This document shows positions 35,669 to 42,347 of a stretch of DNA of 64,000 nt, piece after piece; the first letter of the stretch is position 1; every line of letters starts with the position of its first letter. A program made the translations under genes and the position numbers. A model generated the notes under the pieces. That model worked only from the letters and a program-made list of their open reading frames with translations, ran no database searches and was not told where the DNA came from. This DNA is from a virus. Lineage: Duplodnaviria > Caudoviricetes. The stretch is from the IMG/VR virus record IMGVR_UViG_2595698524_000001, positions 96,001 through 160,000 of that record; one strand, 5' to 3'.

Positions 35669-36325
35669 TTACAGCTCAGTTACAAACGTTGCTTTTAAAC
35701 CTTTGAGAGCGGTGTAGTCTCCGTTCTCAGCAGCAATCCGCGCAGTCTGTTTAAAGTCCGTCAGCTTTTCATGCAATGCGTTGGTGCGTGCAACGATAGC
35801 TTCATTCAACGCTTTCAATTCATCCAGCGTGAAATCGAACTTCGCGTTGTTAGCATCCACCCAGTAACCCGGGCTTTGTTCAGTGCTCAGGTAACGCTGA
35901 ATAGCTGCCAGCGCCTTTTCGTCAGTTTGGTAATTGCGCCCTTTAAACTCAAGAGGAGCAACCACCGCTTCACTGTACGCCTGATTTACCCAGCTGATTA
36001 ACTCAGTCAGTAAGCCATAGCACTTGCCGCGCGTAGAAGAACGCTCTGCCTTATGCTCGGCCAAATCAACGCCCAGCACTTCAGAGACGAACTTGTGCGC
36101 CGCTTTAATGGTGAACTTCACTTCTAACGGAGAAAGACCCTGAGTTGTCAAACCTGCGCTTAACTCTTCATCAGTCATCCCGTCCAGCAGGCGGTAGTGT
36201 GCCAGGCGCGCGAGCGTAGGGTTCCACGTCGCATCACTCAGTTCACCATCGACAAACTGTCCATGACGGTCCACCAGTTTACCGCTGTTATAGAAGCGGT
36301 CCTTTATTTCGCTATTACTAAGCAT
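35669..36325 (-). CDS. DUF4376-domain protein (tail-fibre-assembly-associated type) with an N-terminal extension
   Basis: LEFKGRNYQTDEKA...YWVDANNAKFDFTLDELKAL...A.H. Confidence 0.75.
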   Translation of the reverse strand: MLSNSEIKDRFYNSGKLVDRHGQFVDGELSDATWNPTLARLAHYRLLDGMTDEELSAGLTTQGLSPLEVKFTIKAAHKFVSEVLGVDLAEHKAERSSTRGKCYGLLTELISWVNQAYSEAVVAPLEFKGRNYQTDEKALAAIQRYLSTEQSPGYWVDANNAKFDFTLDELKALNEAIVARTNALHEKLTDFKQTARIAAENGDYTALKGLKATFVTEL

Positions 36326-36867
36326 TCAGTTTTCCCCACGATGCCAATGTCTCTCAGCAGACCGTAGTCGAGGAATTGGTAGTCCCGGGCCAAGTCATAC
36401 TGCCAGACAAGATTGTTAACCTTTTTGTCGTCTGGGGTTTCAGTGGCCTCATTGAAGACACCAACCAAATCCCAGCACTCGAAATAGTTACACTGTTCCT
36501 GAGCATGACGAACAATCTTAATTTTGTTGTTCGGGAACGACTGCGCCAGAGCCACCAGAGAACCGATGCCCTTACCGTGTTTGGTACGATAAAGGATGGT
36601 CATCTTGGTCGCAGGCGTATCGAGGATACGCTGCTCCAGACCGGTGTTGCGCAGCTCAGCGTTAGCCAGTGAGTTATGGCCTTCTTCCACGCAGTCCAGC
36701 TCAACCATCACGTTCAGAGAATGACGGATCACCAGCTTCTTCACTGTTTCCGTGTAGTTCTCTGCTTTACACAGCAAAGACACGTCAAACAGTTTGTGCT
36801 TAGACAGGAACGCGTCAAGCAGCGTGGTATCAAGCCTCGTAAAATTGTGAATTAGCAATGACTTCAT
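36304..36867 (-). CDS. hypothetical accessory protein of the radical-SAM operon
   Basis: 187 aa, overlaps both neighbours. Confidence 0.75.
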   Translation of the reverse strand: MKSLLIHNFTRLDTTLLDAFLSKHKLFDVSLLCKAENYTETVKKLVIRHSLNVMVELDCVEEGHNSLANAELRNTGLEQRILDTPATKMTILYRTKHGKGIGSLVALAQSFPNNKIKIVRHAQEQCNYFECWDLVGVFNEATETPDDKKVNNLVWQYDLARDYQFLDYGLLRDIGIVGKTECLVIAK

Positions 36868-38188
36868 TGGTCTTTTCCTGAGATTTGTGTGCGTGAGGTT
36901 GTTCGTGCGTTACTGGTTCTGCAATTGCAGGCTTGGCCAGCTTAGGCAGTTTGTTTTCCTGCGAGGCGCGAACACGGCAGTCATAGCAGTTACAGGTCAG
37001 CTCTTTGAACTGATTACCGTAAGAACCAAAACGACGTTCCCACCACTGTGCAGTTAACAGTTTAGCCGTAGTCCAACCGCACTGACGACGTTCGCCGTGA
37101 TACTGCTTACGTGCTTCTTCTTCACCGTCGCCATTTTCATACGCGGCAGCTACGCAAGATGCACAGATGTGTTTCGCTGGGCAGCCCATACAAGCGTCTG
37201 GGTAAGACTTCCACTGAGTCTTAACTTCTTCCAGCAGTTTGCCGCCGTCGGTGTTAACGATTTCACGACCAACAAGCTTAGCAATTGCCTGACGGGTGGT
37301 TACCGTAGACATGAAGCGGTTACAGCCGTAGATGTTACGGTCGAAGCCGAGACAGGTCATGTGAACGGTCGTACCGCAGTGTGGGCGCAGACGGTCTGGG
37401 TTATAACGTACCTGATCGTCGTGCAACAGTTTTTCACGCCAGTCTGGGTTCCACAGGTCATCGACGTTCATACCGTTTGGAGTGATGTGCCCCATTTCAG
37501 CAGTCGGGTCTAAGTGCAGCCCTTTACCAATCCAGTATTCCAACACTTCAATCATCTGGTTAGAAATACCCAGCGCCATGTCACGAGGAATGATATCTTC
37601 AAATACCATGTTCCCGTAGATGGTACCACCGCCCGATTGGTCGATTAACGACTTCATGGATGCAGCGTAATGCTTGAGCGTGTCGTGGGTAAAGGTCGCT
37701 TTGATACCGAGGTCGTTAATCTTCATCGACTTCAGATAGTGATACCCTTCCAGCGCTTTCTCGTACGAGCCTTTGCGCGAGGTAGTGAAGATACGGTGTT
37801 TGTCATGCGTCTCCGGCAGACCATCAATCGATACGCCGATAGAGAGACGCTTATACCAGCGCTCGATAATAGAACGGTTCAGCGGCTTATCAAACAGCGT
37901 GCCGTTGGTGGAGATAGAGAACATGTACGGGCGGTTATCCCGCGCCGCCAGCTCTTCTGCAGTTTCGAACGCTGCAATCAGCAGCTTCGGCTGCAGGAAC
38001 GGCTCACCACCGATGATATCGATGATAGCACCATCCACACCCGGCTTACCTTTATCGCGGTCAAAGCAGGCATGGATAAAGTCAACCACGTCTTCAACGC
38101 GGTTGTTACGCGGGAACTTGCGCTCGTAGCAGTAATCGCAATCGAGGTTGCAAGACAGGTTGGTAACTATTTGGTACGTTACGTCCAT
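36830..38188 (-). CDS. radical SAM/SPASM-domain peptide maturase-like enzyme
   Basis: CNLDCDYC (CxxxCxxC), IIGGEPFL, STNGTL, VSIDG..ETHDKHR. SPASM-type Cys set: HCG...YGCNRF...CMGCPAKHICASC...RQC. Confidence 0.92.
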   Translation of the reverse strand: MDVTYQIVTNLSCNLDCDYCYERKFPRNNRVEDVVDFIHACFDRDKGKPGVDGAIIDIIGGEPFLQPKLLIAAFETAEELAARDNRPYMFSISTNGTLFDKPLNRSIIERWYKRLSIGVSIDGLPETHDKHRIFTTSRKGSYEKALEGYHYLKSMKINDLGIKATFTHDTLKHYAASMKSLIDQSGGGTIYGNMVFEDIIPRDMALGISNQMIEVLEYWIGKGLHLDPTAEMGHITPNGMNVDDLWNPDWREKLLHDDQVRYNPDRLRPHCGTTVHMTCLGFDRNIYGCNRFMSTVTTRQAIAKLVGREIVNTDGGKLLEEVKTQWKSYPDACMGCPAKHICASCVAAAYENGDGEEEARKQYHGERRQCGWTTAKLLTAQWWERRFGSYGNQFKELTCNCYDCRVRASQENKLPKLAKPAIAEPVTHEQPHAHKSQEKTNEVIANSQFYEA

Positions 38189-38198
38189 AATGGCCGCC

Positions 38199-39074
38199 TT
38201 ATGCTTGTGGCAAATTCAGGTAGTTATGCAGATACTTGTAAGCATCCACGCCGATGATAGAGGCTATTTTATTACAGCCTGAGTCCACTAACCATTCCGT
38301 GTTCTCACGCAGCCCAATATCCCCATTCGGTTCAACCATCTTCAGCTGACCACATGCGTTACAGTTCATGTTATCGAAGAACTTCTCTAAACGCAGTACC
38401 GTCGAGTAACCGTTCGCCGCGTTCATCTCAAACATCTGGGCTTCGAGCCGTTTCCATCCGTAGATGAAGTTCAGCACGTGGTCCTGATTGAGAGGTTTCG
38501 GCATTAACTTGTCGAACGTCAGCGATAACGCCGCCAAGTTAAGATGATGCAGAGAACTGTGCAGTTGAAGGATGTCTTCGTACCAGCGAGGTTTACTCAC
38601 CATCTCACGCGTCAATACGCCCCACACAGTAACCTTTTCCAGCTCATTGATTACTTCAAAAGCCTCTTGAGCACCTTCGTCAATGAATGCACGCAGGCTA
38701 CGCTCACCACCTTCGTACGCATCGATAGACACGACGATATGGTCAAACGTTTTCAAGAACTCAAGTTGCGACAACTTGAGTTTACGACCGTTGGTGAATA
38801 GCAGGTGTTTTGCGGAAGGAGCGCCACGCCGTGCTTCTTCAACGAAGTCAACCAACTTCGAATAGGAGAGCAGCGGTTCGCCACCAGTCCACAGGAATTC
38901 CTCTACCAGAGGATTTTCTTTTATAATGTCCACCATTGCCTCTTTATGTTTTGTTTTAGAGACATCGCCCTTAGCCATGTGAGCTGCCCCTCCACAGAAG
39001 GAGCAGTTTAAGTTACACTTAGCCGTTATTGCAACGTCAATCATCGTTGCGGATGATTTAGGGGTATCGTGCAT
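38199..39074 (-). CDS. radical SAM enzyme (short; reduced auxiliary domain)
   Basis: CNLNCSFC, WTGGEPLL, FTNG, VVSID. The C-terminus has only CNAC...GC. Confidence 0.9.
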   Translation of the reverse strand: MHDTPKSSATMIDVAITAKCNLNCSFCGGAAHMAKGDVSKTKHKEAMVDIIKENPLVEEFLWTGGEPLLSYSKLVDFVEEARRGAPSAKHLLFTNGRKLKLSQLEFLKTFDHIVVSIDAYEGGERSLRAFIDEGAQEAFEVINELEKVTVWGVLTREMVSKPRWYEDILQLHSSLHHLNLAALSLTFDKLMPKPLNQDHVLNFIYGWKRLEAQMFEMNAANGYSTVLRLEKFFDNMNCNACGQLKMVEPNGDIGLRENTEWLVDSGCNKIASIIGVDAYKYLHNYLNLPQA

Positions 39075-39999
39075 CCGGATTTTTTCCCCATTGCTTGCTC
39101 ATAAACGAGAAGAGCGGGTCATCTTTACGAACATCTTCGCCGGGAACAATGAGTTTCGGGTCATTATACGCCTGCAGGATGGCGTCTAAGATTTTATTCC
39201 GGCTATTGATTCCGTTAAGTTCTTTCAAACTTACTTCACGGCGGATGAACGAGTCCATTACATGCTGCTCTTCGTCCGAAAGGAGACCGGCCTCGTTGAC
39301 TTTACCCACCAAGAAGGTCATTACTCGGTGCAAGTCAGCTGTGGTATTCGGTTGCTCCCCGTACTCGCTTTGAATCAGGTAGTTCGTCCACGGTTTGCGC
39401 AGTCGCTTGGTAATCTCGTGTGCATCCGTAATCGCTTCCCATCTCATACTACGATGGTTCCACGTAATTTTATACGAATACGCCATGAGGTCAGCCAGCG
39501 TATCGATGCCGAGTTCTTCGTAACCATCGACCGCATAGTAGCGTTCGGTATTGAAGTAATCGTCATCTGGCACTTCATCGCAGTCAACAACGGTGTAGTA
39601 GAACGGGAAGGCTGATGGGTATTCCCAGTTCCAGCCGCGTTGAATCATCGGCTTCATGTTGTTTTCTTTAAACGATGCAAACAGCAGCTCCAGCGGTGGA
39701 GCGTAGTTAAGTACCGCATCGGTAAAGTAGTATTTGTCGTTCACTAATTTACCGACGTAGTCTGTCGTCGCACCGGTACACTTGATGATTTTCACATTCA
39801 GTGTGTCAGAGATGTTGAACTCTTCCAGTACCGTTGACTTATACAGAATGTCGCGAGGACGCAGACGTGGGAACTCAACCGGGTTCATTGCCAGCAAACG
39901 CAGACGGTCATTGACGTGGTCATTAACCGCGTCAGGTAGCCCGATGTGAATCGGGTAGTTGAATGTAGTTCGGAATGCGTAATGCGCATTACTCTTCAT
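39058..39999 (-). CDS. hypothetical accessory protein of the radical-SAM operon
   Basis: 313 aa, AGGAG RBS, overlaps the downstream rSAM gene. Confidence 0.8.
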   Translation of the reverse strand: MKSNAHYAFRTTFNYPIHIGLPDAVNDHVNDRLRLLAMNPVEFPRLRPRDILYKSTVLEEFNISDTLNVKIIKCTGATTDYVGKLVNDKYYFTDAVLNYAPPLELLFASFKENNMKPMIQRGWNWEYPSAFPFYYTVVDCDEVPDDDYFNTERYYAVDGYEELGIDTLADLMAYSYKITWNHRSMRWEAITDAHEITKRLRKPWTNYLIQSEYGEQPNTTADLHRVMTFLVGKVNEAGLLSDEEQHVMDSFIRREVSLKELNGINSRNKILDAILQAYNDPKLIVPGEDVRKDDPLFSFMSKQWGKNPDARYP

Positions 40000-40010
40000 G
40001 AAAGAACTCC

Positions 40011-40220
40011 TTACGAAGGCCAGGTCACAGCTTTCGCGCCACCTGAAGACGTCCAGCTACAACTACCATTACAACGATAGCTGCCTGCTGCAATATTGTT
40101 TAAACGATTGGAGTTATTAACGGTACCGCGGGTAGCAATGTAGTTAATCGCACTAGCGGTGGTGATATAACCCTCAATCCTCGCGAGTTGCTGTCCAACC
40201 TCGTTTAATGAAACAGCCAT
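40011..40220 (-). CDS. Cys-repeat precursor paralog C (truncated core)
   Basis: MAVSLNEV leader, core RCNGSCSWTSSGG, GGAGGT RBS. Confidence 0.85.
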   Translation of the reverse strand: MAVSLNEVGQQLARIEGYITTASAINYIATRGTVNNSNRLNNIAAGSYRCNGSCSWTSSGGAKAVTWPS

Positions 40221-40232
40221 GTGACCTCCCTA

Positions 40233-40634
40233 CTACGGTCCAGAACAGCCGGAACAACCCCCAGAACATGACCCGGAACAGTTACCAGAGCATCTGCCTG
40301 AACACGTACCAGTACACGTACCAGAACACGTACCAGAACACGTGCCTGTGCAACCACCGGAACAACCACCCGCGCAACCACCTGAACAGCTCGACGAACA
40401 GCTAGAGCCACAGGTTGCACTACAGGTTCCGGTACAGCCGCCAGAACAGCCTGCGGAGCAAGTCCAGCTACACGTACCTCCGCAGTGGTAATAGTTCGCG
40501 TCATGACCTGCTAAGCGGTCTACGTTATTGGTAGTCTTGCCCGCAATGTACGATTGGACACCGGCTTCGGTTTTCAGAGCAGCGGCTTCAATGTTGTCCA
40601 GTTGGCCTTTTACAGCGTTTAATGAGACTGCCAT
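40233..40634 (-). CDS. Cys-repeat (Cxxx)n precursor protein B, 133 aa, 21 Cys
   Basis: MAVSLNAV leader at ATG 40634 with GAGG RBS. Core CGGTCSWTC...CSGNCSGSCSGGCSGCSGP. Confidence 0.9.
   Translation of the reverse strand: MAVSLNAVKGQLDNIEAAALKTEAGVQSYIAGKTTNNVDRLAGHDANYYHCGGTCSWTCSAGCSGGCTGTCSATCGSSCSSSCSGGCAGGCSGGCTGTCSGTCSGTCTGTCSGRCSGNCSGSCSGGCSGCSGP
40302..40345. repeat. 12-bp tandem repeat within precursor B
   Basis: ACACGTACCAG(T/A) three times plus a partial copy; encodes CSGT/CTGT units. Confidence 0.8.
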
Positions 40635-40645
40635 GGTAATCCCCT

Positions 40646-41038
40646 CTATTGTGGCCCCGAACATCCGCCTGAGCAACTTCCTGAGCAGTTACCTGAACAC
40701 GCCCCACCACAACTCCTGCCACAAGCACCAGAACATGATGAAGAACACGCGCCGCCGCACGTACCCGTACAGCTACCTGAGCAACCTCCCGAGCAAGAAC
40801 TAGTACACGTGCCAGAACATGACCCGGAGCAGTTACCGGAGCAGCTGGAACAACCGTGGGAACAACCTGAAGAACAAGACCAACTACAACTACCGTTGCA
40901 GCGGATTTCTCCGGGGGACATCCCGCCTAAATTATTTGCGTTATACGCTTTTGTGGCCACCTGTCCATCAACCGAAGCGCCAGTTGCAATAGACAGTCTG
41001 GCCATACGCGCATTAACGTCATTGAGTGAAACGGCCAT
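40646..41038 (-). CDS. Cys-repeat (Cxxx)n precursor protein A, 130 aa, 21 Cys
   Basis: MAVSLNDV leader, AAGGA RBS. Core CNGSCSWSC...CSGNCSGSCSGGCSGPQ. Confidence 0.9.
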   Translation of the reverse strand: MAVSLNDVNARMARLSIATGASVDGQVATKAYNANNLGGMSPGEIRCNGSCSWSCSSGCSHGCSSCSGNCSGSCSGTCTSSCSGGCSGSCTGTCGGACSSSCSGACGRSCGGACSGNCSGSCSGGCSGPQ

Positions 41039-41052
41039 ATGCTTCCTTTAAC

Positions 41053-41079
41053 GGGCGAACTTGACATAAAGTATCGCCC
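41053..41079 (-). promoter_or_regulatory. putative late promoter (TATG in a hairpin loop) for the precursor/rSAM operon
   Basis: Minus strand GGGCGA-T-ACTT-TATGTC-AAGT-TCGCCC, about 27 nt upstream of the ATG. TATG is the phiKZ nvRNAP late consensus. Confidence 0.45.
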
Positions 41080-41093
41080 TGACGTTATAAGAG

Positions 41094-42293
41094 TTACTTG
41101 GTGCCGGCAGCAGACTGAACGTCGCCGCGGGTAGTCAAGTTGGCGTTGACGTGTACGTTGGCTTGTACGACACCACCCGTGTTCTTGTTCAGATACTGGT
41201 CGTGCGGGTTCGCCGCCGATTTGTGGGCTGCGAGGTCAGCGTTGGTTTTCGCCAATGCCTGTTCCAAGGCCGCGATGCGATTTTCGAGACCTTGGTTCGC
41301 TGTGCCCATATCCGCAATCTGCTGCTTCAGGTTATTGGTTTCCTGATTAGCGGCTGCGAGTCCAGCACGCAGGTCATTGAGCTGCTGAGTCAGCAGACCG
41401 ACTTGCGTTTCCAGAATGAGAATCTCATCCATCAGTTCCGCAATCTGTAACTGCGTTTTCTGATAGTTCTGGTCAACCGTGTTGAGCTGGGTATTCCATG
41501 TGCCGATAGAACTGACCAGCGCTGCGATTTTCTGCGCCAAGTCGGTATCGGTCGCATTGAGCGTACCGATATCTTGCAACACGGAGTTGATGCTGCTTTG
41601 CACGTTCTGAATCAACGTACGGACTTCTGACGTGGAGTACACGTCAAGTTGGCCACGCGTCACTTTGTGAACGTTGCCTTCCGCATTACGGTGCTCATCT
41701 AACGCCGCCAGCATCTCTTGACGATACGCTTTGAGCATGTTCTGAATCTGCACCATTTCCGCAGACGCGCCCAAACGAATCGCTTCGTTGAGTTTCGCCA
41801 GCAGGGTAACGATGTATTCAAAACCAAAGAAGTCGCCCACGTCACGGAACGCAGGCGCACCTGCAAACTCATCCGGCACGTTACGGAGTTCATAGAAGTC
41901 GATAGTTGGGTCATCGAGTTCCAGTGATTCAATACACTGGACGATGTTATCGACGTTCGCTGCGTACGGACCACCGACAATGTGGGCGCTGGCGGTGATG
42001 TCGGACGGTACAGCCGAGCGAGTAACAACAATAGCAGTTGCCACTTCGCGGCCACCGGTCATTTTAGTCAATGACGGATGGAGGAGAATTACTTCGTAGT
42101 CGGTACCGCGAACGAGTGGTTTATTCGGCGCGTTCACCGGAGCTAATCGAAGCGTATCAACAAAGAAAGGACCTGTTGGGAATGCAAACGCCCGGTTAAT
42201 CGTTCCTGTGCCGAGTTTAATCGGGTGAGAAACGTTGTTACCGAGGATGGTTCCGAACAGGTCCAACGGGTACTGCATTACTGCCTTACTCAT
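41094..42293 (-). CDS. virion / tail-fibre-like protein with a long coiled coil
   Basis: N-domain (YP.D..G...N, PFF, L..G.DY) shared with the three large fibres; heptad region; AHKSAANPHDQYL motif. Confidence 0.8.
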   Translation of the reverse strand: MSKAVMQYPLDLFGTILGNNVSHPIKLGTGTINRAFAFPTGPFFVDTLRLAPVNAPNKPLVRGTDYEVILLHPSLTKMTGGREVATAIVVTRSAVPSDITASAHIVGGPYAANVDNIVQCIESLELDDPTIDFYELRNVPDEFAGAPAFRDVGDFFGFEYIVTLLAKLNEAIRLGASAEMVQIQNMLKAYRQEMLAALDEHRNAEGNVHKVTRGQLDVYSTSEVRTLIQNVQSSINSVLQDIGTLNATDTDLAQKIAALVSSIGTWNTQLNTVDQNYQKTQLQIAELMDEILILETQVGLLTQQLNDLRAGLAAANQETNNLKQQIADMGTANQGLENRIAALEQALAKTNADLAAHKSAANPHDQYLNKNTGGVVQANVHVNANLTTRGDVQSAAGTK

Positions 42294-42313
42294 CGGAAAA
42301 CTCCTTGTGGTGA

Positions 42314-42343
42314 GTAAAGAGTGGGGAGCCGAAACTCCCCACT
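42314..42343 (-). terminator. intrinsic terminator / hairpin (UUCG loop)
   Basis: Minus strand GTGGGGAGT-TTCG-GCTCCCCAC followed by TCTTT. Confidence 0.7.
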
Positions 42344-42347
42344 TTGT

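Noticed and set aside
36830-39074. rSAM genes as 7-deazaguanine (QueE) DNA-modification enzymes or anaerobic RNR activases
   Set aside because: There is no queC, queD, folE, dpdA or nrdD in the window. The SPASM-type Cys set and adjacent precursors point to peptide maturation.
40233-41038. Possible CRISPR array or DGR template/variable repeat in the repetitive region
   Set aside because: The units are 12-nt in-frame coding repeats with synonymous variation. There are no spacers, cas genes, reverse transcriptase or adenine-specific mismatch pattern.
40233-41038. Simple metallothionein annotation for the Cys-rich proteins
   Set aside because: Strict Cxxx spacing, few basic residues in the core, a conserved 46-50-aa leader and operonic rSAM/SPASM genes fit a maturase substrate better. 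Metal binding is not excluded.
40205-41051. Alternative-frame ORFs with VLVRVLVR, YQNTYQNT and PEQLPEQ repeats (40205-40504 -, 40208-40405 +, 40528-40803 +, 40809-41051 +)
   Set aside because: They are shadows of the 12-nt periodicity of the Cys-repeat genes. The Cys frames have RBSs and a leader conserved across three genes.
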